Source: Candidatus Latescibacterota bacterium (GTDB lineage Bacteria; Latescibacterota; UBA2968; GCA-2709665). Taken from it: a DNA stretch of 64,000 nucleotides. Positions within the stretch are counted from its first letter, which is position 1; every line of letters begins with the position of its first letter. A model generated the notes under the pieces. That model was given only the letters and a program-made list of their open reading frames with translations, was not told the DNA's origin and made no database searches. Location of the stretch: positions 352,001-416,000 of the forward strand of contig OZ252100.1 of the NCBI GenBank assembly GCA_965248435.1, in the 5' to 3' direction. Shown here piece by piece: positions 25,520 through 34,992 of this stretch. The translations under genes and the position numbers were made by a program.

Positions 25520-26983
25520 ATGGCCGTAGACGATCACCCTCTCGCATTCAAATCCGCGCGTGAACTCGCCGAGAAGATCCGCAGCAAAGAGATCGGCACG
25601 CTTGAGCTGCTGGAGCATTTCCTGCAGCGCGTGGAGAGATACAATCCGGCGCTGAACGCGATCATCTTCACGCAGGTCGAGAAGGCGCGCGAGCGGGCAA
25701 AGGCCGCAGACTCAGCACTCGCGCGTGGAGAGGTCTGGGGCGAGTTGCACGGCCTGCCGATGACGATCAAGGAGTGCTTCGACTGGGTCGGCTCCCCCTC
25801 CACCTGGGGAAACCCGGTCTACGAGGAGAACTATCCCGAGCGCGACGCGGTAGCGGTCGAGCGTCTGGAAGGCGCCGGCGCGATCATCTTCGGCAAGACG
25901 AACGTCCCCTTGATGATCGCCGACTGGCAGACCTTCAACGTCATCTACGGGACGACGAACAACCCATGGGACCTGACCCGTGCCCCGGGCGGTTCATCCG
26001 GGGGCGCCGCCGCCGCGCTGGCCGGCGGCCTCACAGGGCTCGAGATCGGGAGCGACATCGGGGCATCGATCCGAAACCCCGCGCACTATTGCGGGGTCTT
26101 CGGGCACAAGCCGTCCTATGGCATCGTCCCGTGGAAGGGCCACGCCATTCCTGGCGATCTTACACCGACCGATATCAACGTCTGCGGCCCTCTTGCGCGG
26201 AGCGCGGAAGACCTCGCGGTCGCCCTGGAAGTGCTTACTTCAGATAGATCCGACAATACAGGATGGCAGCTCAACCTGCGAGCGCCCGAAAAGCGTAGAC
26301 TGAACGAGTTCAGGGTCGCCGTGATGCTCACGAGTCCTCTGTGCGCGCAGGACGACGAGCTGACGGATCAGCTTCAGCACGCCGTAGATGGGCTGAGCCG
26401 CGCCGGCGTGACGATAGACGATTCCGCGCGGCCGGACATCGATCTGGATCGATCTCATTACGTCTACAAGACGCTTCTCCGCGGGGCTACCGGGGCAAGA
26501 CTCCCCGAGAAAGATTTCCTCGAGCTTCGCGAGCGCGCCGCTGCCCGGGCGGGGGATGACCGGAGCTTTCGCGCCTATGTGGAGCGCGGCGCGATGCTCC
26601 CCCATCGCGACTGGGTGAAACTCGACAACGAGCGCGAGGAGATGCGTTTGGCCTGGGCAAACTTCTTCAAGGAGGTCGACCTGCTCCTCTGTCCGACCGC
26701 CGCTTCTGCCGCTTTTCCGCACGATCAGGAGGGCGAGCGCCCGGACCGCACGATTCTCGTCAACGGAAGGGAAGAGCCGACGACCGACCAGCTGTTCTGG
26801 GCGGGGCTGAGCGGGGTCGTCTACCTGCCCTCAACCGTGGCGCCGGCCGGCCTCACCCGATCGGGGCTTCCGTGCGGGCTGCAGATCGTGGGTCCTTTCC
26901 TCCACGACCGGACCTGCATCCAGTTCGCACGCCTGATGGAGCGGGAGTTAGGCGGCTTCACTCCACCGCCGGGCTATGAGTGA
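25520..26983 (+). CDS. Amidase signature family enzyme
   Basis: LHGLPMTIKE, GKTNVP, PGGSSGG, GSDIGASIRNPA. Confidence 0.95.
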   Translation: MAVDDHPLAFKSARELAEKIRSKEIGTLELLEHFLQRVERYNPALNAIIFTQVEKARERAKAADSALARGEVWGELHGLPMTIKECFDWVGSPSTWGNPVYEENYPERDAVAVERLEGAGAIIFGKTNVPLMIADWQTFNVIYGTTNNPWDLTRAPGGSSGGAAAALAGGLTGLEIGSDIGASIRNPAHYCGVFGHKPSYGIVPWKGHAIPGDLTPTDINVCGPLARSAEDLAVALEVLTSDRSDNTGWQLNLRAPEKRRLNEFRVAVMLTSPLCAQDDELTDQLQHAVDGLSRAGVTIDDSARPDIDLDRSHYVYKTLLRGATGARLPEKDFLELRERAAARAGDDRSFRAYVERGAMLPHRDWVKLDNEREEMRLAWANFFKEVDLLLCPTAASAAFPHDQEGERPDRTILVNGREEPTTDQLFWAGLSGVVYLPSTVAPAGLTRSGLPCGLQIVGPFLHDRTCIQFARLMERELGGFTPPPGYE

Positions 26984-27086
26984 AAAACCGGGTACCGCAA
27001 ACCGGTAGACGAAGAATCTGTGAGAAAAGGAACGTGGAAAGAAATGCAAGCGAGCTATCAGAAGTGTATCGTGGAGGGACCGGTTT

Positions 27087-27347
27087 TTACCGGTAGGCGT
27101 TGCCGCGTTGGCCAATCTTCACGACGTAGACGGTCAGCACATCATCTTCGACCGAGTAAACGATCCGGTACGGGCCTTGTCGGACGCGATAGCGATCCTG
27201 GTCCGAGAGCTTCTCGCATCCGGATGGACGCGGATCCTCGGCCAAAGCTTTGATTCGCGAAATTATGCGCTGCCGATGGCGTTTCTGAGGAATCGCCTCG
27301 ATCTCTCGCACAGCAGATGGCTTGATGAGAATCCTATATTTTGCCAC
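27087..27347 (-). CDS. Type II TA toxin, RelE/ParE family
   Basis: I..LAEDPRPSGCEKL....YRVRQGPYRIVY; overlaps the antitoxin stop. Confidence 0.9.
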   Translation of the reverse strand: MAKYRILIKPSAVREIEAIPQKRHRQRIISRIKALAEDPRPSGCEKLSDQDRYRVRQGPYRIVYSVEDDVLTVYVVKIGQRGNAYR

Positions 27348-27567
27348 TGCGTTTGAGTGCCTTGAGGACGTCCTCGAAACGTTGATCCGGTTCGCTGGCC
27401 CGTTCGTCGAACGCAGCCAGATCCTCCGCGTCCTCGGCGAGTGAGGCCTTGACAGCGTCGTTCACCAGTCCGGAAAACGAGCGATCGGTCTCAGCCGCCT
27501 TCATCCGCAGGGCGCGGTGTATGGCCGGGTCAAAGTAGACCGTACTGCGTTTGTTGGAAGAAGACAT
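27334..27567 (-). CDS. Type II TA antitoxin, CopG/ribbon-helix-helix
   Basis: KRSTVYFDP..HRALR.KAAET..S.S.LVNDAV...LAEDAEDL. Confidence 0.88.
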   Translation of the reverse strand: MSSSNKRSTVYFDPAIHRALRMKAAETDRSFSGLVNDAVKASLAEDAEDLAAFDERASEPDQRFEDVLKALKRSGKI

Positions 27568-27573
27568 AGACAG

Positions 27574-27602
27574 AATATAGTATTTTAACGTTATAACGTC
27601 AA
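27574..27602 (-). promoter_or_regulatory. sigma70-like promoter of the TA operon with an overlapping palindromic operator; probably leaderless
   Basis: TTGACG-N17-TATATT then 6 nt to ATG; the palindrome ACGTTATAACGT overlaps the -35 and spacer. Confidence 0.65.
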
Positions 27603-27624
27603 GACGTCAACTGGAGAAAACCGA

Positions 27625-28059
27625 ATGACCACTCCCTTTTATTTCGTCGTCGCATTCATTTCCGGTGTTGCGATCACCCTGCAGGGCCACCTTATGGGCC
27701 TGATGGATCGCGCACTCGGGACAAGAGCGAGTGTGTTCATCACCTATGCCAGCGGGGGCGCAATCGTGACGCTCCTGATCCTTGCCTTCGGGGGAGCGAA
27801 TTTCAAGTCCTGGTCGAAGGTCCCCTGGTATGCCTACACGGCCGGGGCGCTTGGTCTGGTCATCGTAGCGTCGATCGGTTTCGTCGTCGCGCGATTGGGC
27901 GCGGCGAAGGGATTTACACTGATCGTGGCCTCGCAGTTTCTGCTCGCCGTGCTGATCGACCATTTCGGTCTCCTCTCAGCTGACATCCGACCGATCGATC
28001 TCACCAAGTTGACTGGACTCTGCATGCTGCTCGCAGGCGTCTGGCTCGTCGTCAAGTAG
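27625..28059 (+). CDS. DMT family transporter (YdcZ/DUF606-like)
   Basis: G....LQG, PWY...G.LG, G.......ASQ...A.LIDHFG. Confidence 0.85.
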   Translation: MTTPFYFVVAFISGVAITLQGHLMGLMDRALGTRASVFITYASGGAIVTLLILAFGGANFKSWSKVPWYAYTAGALGLVIVASIGFVVARLGAAKGFTLIVASQFLLAVLIDHFGLLSADIRPIDLTKLTGLCMLLAGVWLVVK

Positions 28060-28070
28060 GTCCGTTGACC

Positions 28071-28943
28071 ATGAATGTTCGCAGGCTGGACACGAATCCG
28101 ATCATCACGCCGGACATGGACGAACGAATGGGCCACAACATAAATGGCCCTTCACTGATCCGGGTACCGGACTGGATCCAGGACCCGCTCGCCGAGTATT
28201 ACCTCTATTTCGGACACCACCGAGGAACCTACATCCGCCTCGCCTATGCGGACCAACTCGAGGGGCCGTGGCGAATCCACACCCCCGGTGTTTTGGACCT
28301 GGAGGAATCACTCTTCGGCCGCCACATCGCCTCGCCGGACGTCCACGTGATGGATGAAGGGCAAGAGATCCGCATGTACTATCACGGTGGTGGCCTGCCT
28401 AAGCCTTCTCCCTGGAGTCAGTGCACTCGCCTGGCGACCTCCAGTGACGGCCTCCACTTCGCGGTGCTGGAGGAGCTTCTGGGTTCCCATTACTGGAGAG
28501 TCTTCTGGTGGGACGGATTCTGGTACACCCTGGAGATGCCGGGCGTGTTTCGAAGGTCTCGAAACGGTATCTCCGGGTGGGAGGAAGGGCCGACACTGTT
28601 CACGCCGGACCTGCGCCATCCGGCGCTGCGGGTGAACGGAGACAGACTCGACGTCTACTATTCGAACACCGGCGACTGTCCGGAGCGAATCCTTCAGGCG
28701 ACGATCGATCTCGCTCTGGACTGGATGGATTGGACCGCCAGCGAATCCATCACCTTGCTGGACCCGGAGATGGATTATGAAGGTGCGAACTGCCCGCTCG
28801 AACCCTCGCAACGGGGCTCTATCAACGAACCGGTTCATCAACTCCGGGATCCCGGCATCTATGAAGAAGATGGGAGAATCTATCTCCTCTATGCTGTGGC
28901 GGGAGAGCACGGGATTGCGATTGCAGAGCTCACTGACTTCTGA
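28071..28943 (+). CDS. Beta-propeller glycoside hydrolase-like hypothetical protein
   Basis: NPII, NINGPSLIRVP, YYLYFGHH.G.YIRLAYAD...GPW, HIASPDV, QLRDP. Confidence 0.7.
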   Translation: MNVRRLDTNPIITPDMDERMGHNINGPSLIRVPDWIQDPLAEYYLYFGHHRGTYIRLAYADQLEGPWRIHTPGVLDLEESLFGRHIASPDVHVMDEGQEIRMYYHGGGLPKPSPWSQCTRLATSSDGLHFAVLEELLGSHYWRVFWWDGFWYTLEMPGVFRRSRNGISGWEEGPTLFTPDLRHPALRVNGDRLDVYYSNTGDCPERILQATIDLALDWMDWTASESITLLDPEMDYEGANCPLEPSQRGSINEPVHQLRDPGIYEEDGRIYLLYAVAGEHGIAIAELTDF

Positions 28944-28954
28944 GGGACGATTGC

Positions 28955-29401
28955 TTGCTGGATATCTACGTCGATGCGGATGCGTGTCCGGTGAAACAGG
29001 AAGTCTGTAAGGTCGCCAAGCGGTACGAACTGAAGGTGACGTTCGTATCGAACACCTGGATGCGGGTCCCGGATCAGGATGCGCTGGTCGTCGTCGACGG
29101 CCAGTTCGATGCGGCGGATGATTGGATCGTGGAACAGATCTCCAAAGGCGACATCGTCATCACCGCGGACATCCCGCTGGCCGACAGGTGCATCAAGAAG
29201 GACGCGCACGTCCTCGGCCCCAAAGGACGCCCCTTTACAGAGGCCAATATCGGGCAGGCGCTGGCGACACGAGATCTGATGTCCGAACTCCGTGAAGCCG
29301 GCACCGTGACCGGGGGTCCTCCCCCATTTCAGAAACGGGACCGTTCTCAATTCCTTCAAGGCCTCGACCAGATGATCCAGAGCATAAAGCGGAGTGTGTA
29401 G
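28955..29401 (+). CDS. YaiI/YqxD (UPF0178/DUF188) family protein
   Basis: IYVDADACPVK, DAADDWI, DIVITADIPLA, GGPPPF. Confidence 0.92.
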   Translation: MLDIYVDADACPVKQEVCKVAKRYELKVTFVSNTWMRVPDQDALVVVDGQFDAADDWIVEQISKGDIVITADIPLADRCIKKDAHVLGPKGRPFTEANIGQALATRDLMSELREAGTVTGGPPPFQKRDRSQFLQGLDQMIQSIKRSV

Positions 29402-29426
29402 CTACAATCACTCAGCGGGTTATTCG

Positions 29427-30650
29427 ATGACAATCACTGAAGAAGCAGGCCGCCTTCATCGCGAGGCGACCGTTCTGCTCGCCCACCTGCACATGAAACG
29501 TCGCTACACGGTGGACAGCATCGAGTATGATCGTGTAGACGAGGACCTTCCGGGCGTCCAGGTGGACATCCCGAAGTTGAAGCGAGGCGGCGTAAACGTG
29601 ATCTTGCTTTCAGAGGGAGGCCCCGGAGAGTTCGCCGTGGATGTCGAGGCGATGAGTCGCGGCGTCGTGGAGCCGAACCAGAGTCCTGCGGTCCGCACCT
29701 CCTTCTACGGCTCGTCGGAGCCGCATCGGATGCTGAGAGGTTTTGACGCGATGCGCCGGCTCTTCTCCGATTTTTCGGATGACCTGGAACAGGCGACGTC
29801 GGTACGGCAAGCCACGGAGATCAACGCCCGGGGCAAGATCGCGGTCTTTATTCACACCGAGGCGCTGCTCATCGGGAACGATCTGGCCGTCCTGCGCGGC
29901 TATCATGGTCTGGGGCTGAGATGCTCCGGCCTCGTCCACAACGCGCCCCTGGATTGGATAGACAACGACCATGAGCAGGGTGATCCGGGAGGTCTGACCG
30001 ACTTCGGCCGAGAAGTCGTCCGAGAGATGAACACGCTCCGCATCGTCATCGACGTCTCTCACGCCTCGGAACAGGCGGTGCGTGATGTGCTGCAGGAGAG
30101 CAAGCATCCCATCGTGGCGTCGCATTCCAATGCCAAACAGCTTAGCTCGATCCAGCGCAACCTGACTGACGAGCAGATCATGGGGATCGCCGCCGGCGGG
30201 GGCGTCATCGGCATCCACTGCTCGTCGGCATTCGTGGACATCGACTGCCTGAGGGGTCGTAAGAATATTTACGGCGCACAATACGGCGCATCCCGCCTCG
30301 ATATGGTTGAAAAGGTAAGGGTCCCCGGGGCGATCGACCCCTTTGGCTACGAGGTTGAGATGCGAAATCAGTATGCGCCTCCCGGCGCGGAGGAACCGAT
30401 CTTCCCCACCACCCACCTGGAGCGGCTGATCGACCACGTGGACTATATGGTCAACCTGGTGGGCGTCGATCACATCGGAATCGGCACCGACTTTCAGTTT
30501 CTCGAAGATGTCGTGGTCGACTTCGACGATGCCGGCAAGACGCCCAACGTCACGCAGGCCCTGTTGAATCGGGGCTATTCTGCGGAGGATGTGAACAAGA
30601 TCCTGGGAGAGAATTTTCTGCGAGTGATGAAAGAGGTGATCGGCGAGTAG
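29427..30650 (+). CDS. Membrane dipeptidase (peptidase M19) family
   Basis: VDIPKL..GG, GGLTDFGREVVREMN...IVIDVSH, ASHSNA, RNL.D, HIGIGTDF, KILGENFLRV. Confidence 0.9.
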   Translation: MTITEEAGRLHREATVLLAHLHMKRRYTVDSIEYDRVDEDLPGVQVDIPKLKRGGVNVILLSEGGPGEFAVDVEAMSRGVVEPNQSPAVRTSFYGSSEPHRMLRGFDAMRRLFSDFSDDLEQATSVRQATEINARGKIAVFIHTEALLIGNDLAVLRGYHGLGLRCSGLVHNAPLDWIDNDHEQGDPGGLTDFGREVVREMNTLRIVIDVSHASEQAVRDVLQESKHPIVASHSNAKQLSSIQRNLTDEQIMGIAAGGGVIGIHCSSAFVDIDCLRGRKNIYGAQYGASRLDMVEKVRVPGAIDPFGYEVEMRNQYAPPGAEEPIFPTTHLERLIDHVDYMVNLVGVDHIGIGTDFQFLEDVVVDFDDAGKTPNVTQALLNRGYSAEDVNKILGENFLRVMKEVIGE

Positions 30651-30691
30651 GCAGTTAGAGAGGTTGGGACTCAAACACGCGAGGGATTTCA

Positions 30692-31447
30692 ATGGCTGAG
30701 GTAGAGATACAACTCGAGAGACTCACCTCCCCCGAGGTCCGCGAGCGGATCCAGGCGGGATGGAAGACCGCGCTGTTCGGGTGCGGGTCCATCGAGCAGC
30801 ACGGACCTCACCTTCCCCTGTTTGTGGACAGCGAGTTCGGGAGCTGGTTGACCCAGGAAGTCGCCCAGCGTCTGGACCGCGCGCTCGTCGCACCGGTGAT
30901 CCGCGTAGGCTGTTCCGAACACCACATGAACTTTCCCGGTTCACTCACGCTGCGGAAAGAGACCTTCCAAGACGTTGTGATAGACTACGTAACCAGCCTT
31001 GCGCGCCACGGTTTCGAGCGGATCCTGATCATCCCCTGCCACGGCGGAAACTTCAAACCGCTTCAGGAGGTGGAGGGGCGACTCCAGGAGGCGGCCGGAA
31101 AAGCGAGAGTGCAGATCTGGGCCGATCTGATGGGTCTGGTTCGACTGTGGCGGGATGTCACCGAGGAGGCGGTCGGACTGGGTGACCGGGTCGGCGGCCA
31201 CGCGGACATCTCCGAAACGGCCATCATGATGGCCCGGCACCCCGATGTCGTGCGGACCGACCTTGTGGAGCCTGGCTACACCGGAGATTTGTCCAGGGAG
31301 GTCATCGACAGCGCCATTCGGAACGGGTTGGAGACGGTCACCCCGAACGGCATCCTTGGCGACGCAAGGGGAGGCACACCGGAACTCGGAAAAAAACTGA
31401 TCGCGGCAGTCGCGGATGAGATCGCGAATCACTTCGGTGAGAACTGA
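30692..31447 (+). CDS. Creatininase family amidohydrolase
   Basis: GSIEQHGPHLP...D, G.SEHH..FPGSL, HGGN, GHA...ET, NGILGD. Confidence 0.92.
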   Translation: MAEVEIQLERLTSPEVRERIQAGWKTALFGCGSIEQHGPHLPLFVDSEFGSWLTQEVAQRLDRALVAPVIRVGCSEHHMNFPGSLTLRKETFQDVVIDYVTSLARHGFERILIIPCHGGNFKPLQEVEGRLQEAAGKARVQIWADLMGLVRLWRDVTEEAVGLGDRVGGHADISETAIMMARHPDVVRTDLVEPGYTGDLSREVIDSAIRNGLETVTPNGILGDARGGTPELGKKLIAAVADEIANHFGEN

Positions 31448-31457
31448 GAGGAATCCT

Positions 31458-32444
31458 GTGCAAATTCAGACATTCGAAGCAAACGAGCTTCCGCGCGGAG
31501 AAAAGAGGACGGGATGGCTGGACGTCGCCTCCAGGCCGGATGGAGGGGCCTGGAGATTGCCTCTGCTCTATGTCACCGGCACCAACCCCGGTCCCCTGCT
31601 CCTGGTCACGGCCGGGGTCCACGGGAATGAATACGAAGGCATCGAGGCGATCCCCCGAATCTTCGAGCAGGTGCAGCCGGACGGTTTGAAGGGCACGCTG
31701 CTGATGGTCTCCGGCTGCAACATGCCCGCATACGAGGCCGGCACCCGCAGCAGCCCGGTCGACGGCCTCAACCTGGCGCGCGTCTTTCCGGGCGATGCAG
31801 AAGGCACGATCAGCCAGCGAATCGCCTACTGGCTCGCGCACAAGGTGATCAAACCGGCCGACCTTTTTATCGATCTCCACAGTGCCGGCTTTGACGACGA
31901 CATTCCCATGATGATCGGATATCCACGCCTCGACGATGAACGTGGCGAGAGGGCCCTGGCTGCAGCCCGTGCGTTCGGGGCGCCCGTACTCTGGGGACAT
32001 CCACCCTCCGACGCTGCCGGCCGCAGCGTCAGTTCCGCTGATGATTTCGGCATCCCCTGGCTGTATACCGAGACACCCGGCGGGAACCGGTCCACCCGAG
32101 ACGACCTGGCTTGCTACATTCAGGGCGTGCTCAACGTCATGATACATCTCGGGATGGTGGTGGGTCAGCCCCAGCCCCGCCCGATGACCCATCACCTCAT
32201 CGGAGATGGCGATCTGGACACGGTGACCTCCGCTCAGGAGGCCGGTTTCTTCAGGCCAGATGTCGAGCCACTAGACGACGTACGTGAAGGCCAGCGCGTC
32301 GGCACGATTCGGGATTTCTTCGGAGAGATCGCGGCCGAAGTCCTGGCCGACCGGGACGGCGTCGTGATCTACATGCGTCGAACACCCCGGGTTCGTGTCG
32401 GAGACGCCCTGCTTTCGATTACGGGACTGCTCGAAAAAGGATGA
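31458..32444 (+). CDS. Succinylglutamate desuccinylase/aspartoacylase (M14) family
   Basis: AGVHGNEYEG, NLARVFPG, IDLHS, C-terminal biotinyl-like hairpin. Confidence 0.9.
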   Translation: MQIQTFEANELPRGEKRTGWLDVASRPDGGAWRLPLLYVTGTNPGPLLLVTAGVHGNEYEGIEAIPRIFEQVQPDGLKGTLLMVSGCNMPAYEAGTRSSPVDGLNLARVFPGDAEGTISQRIAYWLAHKVIKPADLFIDLHSAGFDDDIPMMIGYPRLDDERGERALAAARAFGAPVLWGHPPSDAAGRSVSSADDFGIPWLYTETPGGNRSTRDDLACYIQGVLNVMIHLGMVVGQPQPRPMTHHLIGDGDLDTVTSAQEAGFFRPDVEPLDDVREGQRVGTIRDFFGEIAAEVLADRDGVVIYMRRTPRVRVGDALLSITGLLEKG

Positions 32445-32469
32445 ACCCACTCGAATCAGGGGAAAGACC

Positions 32470-33453
32470 ATGTTATTAGGCCTGGAAACGTTCAGCTATC
32501 ATCTGGCCTTCGGCTACGGCAAGATGGACATCTTCGATTTTATCCGAAAGACGGTCGAATTCGGCCTGGACGGCGTCGAGATCAATGTCGAGGGCGATGA
32601 CCTGGCCCATCTCGGGAGCGAAGACCCGGGATTTCTGGCCGAAGTCCGCGCCCTGACCGAGGCACACAACCTCTACGTCGAGCTCGACACCCGCGACACG
32701 AACCCGCAGAACCTGACCCGCGTTCTCAAGATCTGCAGCGCCCTTGGTGCCGATCGAATGCGGGTTTTCTCCAGTATGGGCGGCGATGTGCAGGGGGAGC
32801 TTGAACAAGCGGTGGAGGACTTTCGGGAGGTCCTCCCCCTCTGTGCGGACTACGGCATCAAGATCGGCTACGAGAACCACGAATTCGAAACCTCTCACGA
32901 TGTCCTGAAGGTCGTGCGCGAGGTGGACAGCGAATATGTCGGCACGCACGTCGACACCGGAAACTCCATGATGGTGTGGGAAGACCCGATCGAAGCGATC
33001 ACGAACATGGCCCCCTACGCCGTAAGCACACACTTCAAGGATCACATCGTGATCGTGCTCAAGGAACAGCCGATGGTCGTGGGCGTCCCGCTGGGCACGG
33101 GCAGCACGAATTGCGCGGAATGTTTCCGGATCCTGTCCGAACAGTCCCCGCTCGAGCGCATCAGCATCGAGGTCTGCTACGGCTACATCGCCCCCTTCCG
33201 CCTGCCCGAAGCGGAGGGCTACGGTGGAAAGCTGGGCGAGGGTGCCTTCCGTGTCTATCCGCCTCCGTATGACCCCGCCGTGGTTGCCCCCTACGTGTTG
33301 CGAACCCTGGAAGACGATCTCGGGCTGGAGTCCTTCGAGTGGGAAAGGCTGGCGGAGAGGGCCCGGTCCGAAGCCGAGCGCGAAGAGCTCGTTGCCTTAC
33401 AGGAAAAGGCGGTCGTTGACAGCGTCAGCTACGTCAAGAAGCTGAATGGCTGA
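32470..33453 (+). CDS. Sugar phosphate isomerase/epimerase (TIM barrel)
   Basis: GYENH, HVDTGNS, THFKDH, PLGTG, ISIE. Confidence 0.85.
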   Translation: MLLGLETFSYHLAFGYGKMDIFDFIRKTVEFGLDGVEINVEGDDLAHLGSEDPGFLAEVRALTEAHNLYVELDTRDTNPQNLTRVLKICSALGADRMRVFSSMGGDVQGELEQAVEDFREVLPLCADYGIKIGYENHEFETSHDVLKVVREVDSEYVGTHVDTGNSMMVWEDPIEAITNMAPYAVSTHFKDHIVIVLKEQPMVVGVPLGTGSTNCAECFRILSEQSPLERISIEVCYGYIAPFRLPEAEGYGGKLGEGAFRVYPPPYDPAVVAPYVLRTLEDDLGLESFEWERLAERARSEAEREELVALQEKAVVDSVSYVKKLNG

Positions 33454-33518
33454 CAATTCGCGGATCGCAACCTTCCGCTGTCCGCCCTCTTTTGATCGCC
33501 CTTACAAGAACGGATACC

Positions 33519-34388
33519 GTGGGCAATATCCATCTCAGATGGTGGGGATGCGGCGCGTTCGACATCCTCTTCGGTGACGTCAACATCGCGGTCGATCCCT
33601 ACCTGTTCGGTGAGAACCTCGAGAGCGTACAGCCGATCTACGACTACATCCTCATAAGCCACGAACACTTCGACCACTGCCATCCCAAATCGCTTCGGCA
33701 GCTCTGCCGGGGCGACCGCTTCAAGAAGCTGTTCGTCAGCATCGGCTGCCTCACCCCCAACGAACCGGTTGATGAGAAATACGGCGATGCCGCCTTTTCA
33801 CGCGACCTGCCGATCGACAAGCATGTCCCGTCTGACAAGATCCAGGTCGCCTATCCCAAATACCTGACCGACGACGCTCCCAGTTTCCCAGGGCCGTCCG
33901 AGTTCGATCTGGGCCCGATTCACGTAGAGGCCGTGGAGAGCGGCGAAAACGCCAGACCCGATCTCCCGACCTGCGGCTATTTGATCACACATACGCAAAA
34001 GCAGGTTTCATTCTATCATACGGGAGACCTCCAGAAAACCTTTCCGGCGCTGGAGAGTCTCAGGGGACGCGTGGACTTTCTGATCCACATGAAAACGGGC
34101 TTCAAAAAGGGTTCGAAGAAATACGAGGAGTTCACCGATCTGCTCGATCTCGTCCGACCCAGGTTCCTCATCCCCACCCATTACCGCACAGACCGGGTGT
34201 CGGACCCGGTCCCCGAAGGCCACTGGCCGTTGAATCTGACGGATGTGAACGCCTACATCGAGGACCTGCGGACACACGCTGCGGGAAAGACGGAGATTCT
34301 TCCCTTTACGGCCGGCGTGTTGTACGAGGTCGAAATGCCGGAAAAGAGGGTCGTATGGGATTGGGACTGGTACGAGTCGTGGACCTAA
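33519..34388 (+). CDS. MBL-fold metallo-hydrolase (UlaG-like)
   Basis: LRWWG, VDPYL, SHEHFDH, YHTGD, LIPTHY. Confidence 0.85.
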   Translation: MGNIHLRWWGCGAFDILFGDVNIAVDPYLFGENLESVQPIYDYILISHEHFDHCHPKSLRQLCRGDRFKKLFVSIGCLTPNEPVDEKYGDAAFSRDLPIDKHVPSDKIQVAYPKYLTDDAPSFPGPSEFDLGPIHVEAVESGENARPDLPTCGYLITHTQKQVSFYHTGDLQKTFPALESLRGRVDFLIHMKTGFKKGSKKYEEFTDLLDLVRPRFLIPTHYRTDRVSDPVPEGHWPLNLTDVNAYIEDLRTHAAGKTEILPFTAGVLYEVEMPEKRVVWDWDWYESWT

Positions 34389-34950
34389 CCCCCCTAGCCC
34401 CCCTTCCCTAAAGGGAAGGGGGGAACGGGTAAAGCTCCATTCGGTGCTCCAATTCTGGGAAGAACGGGATGCCTGAAAGACAGATCGTCACCGGGCAGAA
34501 GGTCGACAAAGAAAAAGGTCAACGCGCTAAAGACCTTCGACGTGAGATGACAGAAGAAGAGCGACTGCTTTGGGAACACCTTCGTGCCAATCGGCTAAAG
34601 GGCTTCCACTTCCGACGTCAACAAATCATCGATGGATTCATCGTCGACTTCTATTGCCATAAGGCGAGGCTGGTCGTGGAAGTCGATGGCCCGATTCACG
34701 AAGGACAAGCCGACTACGATAAGGAGAGGGATCGCGTCCTTTCCTTTCGCGGTTTGCACATCTTGCGAATCCAGAACGAGGACATTCGTGAGGAGCCGTC
34801 AAAAGTCGTATCGCTAATAGTTAAATTCCTGACCTAGTTCAGCTAGATGAACAGTTGTTATCTATTTCCAAACCTGATCAAGGAGGTCTCCCCTCCCCTT
34901 TAGGGGAGGGGCCGGGGGAGGGGTCGTGCCGACGCGTCGTGGACCTAACC
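34376..34950. mobile_element. Candidate mini mobile element: palindromic inverted ends around a DUF559 gene, bounded by a 15-bp direct repeat
   Basis: GTCGTGGACCTAACC at 34376-34390 and 34936-34950; inverted palindromic ends at 34382-34425 and 34887-34925. Confidence 0.65.
34469..34837 (+). CDS. DUF559 (Vsr-like PD-(D/E)xK) endonuclease domain protein
   Basis: RAK.LRREMT.EE..LW..LR......FRRQQII.GFIVDFYC...LVVEVDG.IH......D..RD..L...G..ILR..N. Confidence 0.92.
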   Translation: MPERQIVTGQKVDKEKGQRAKDLRREMTEEERLLWEHLRANRLKGFHFRRQQIIDGFIVDFYCHKARLVVEVDGPIHEGQADYDKERDRVLSFRGLHILRIQNEDIREEPSKVVSLIVKFLT

Positions 34951-34992
34951 TGGATCTCTACCCGCGCATGAGATCGAGCTAAGGGAAGAGAC

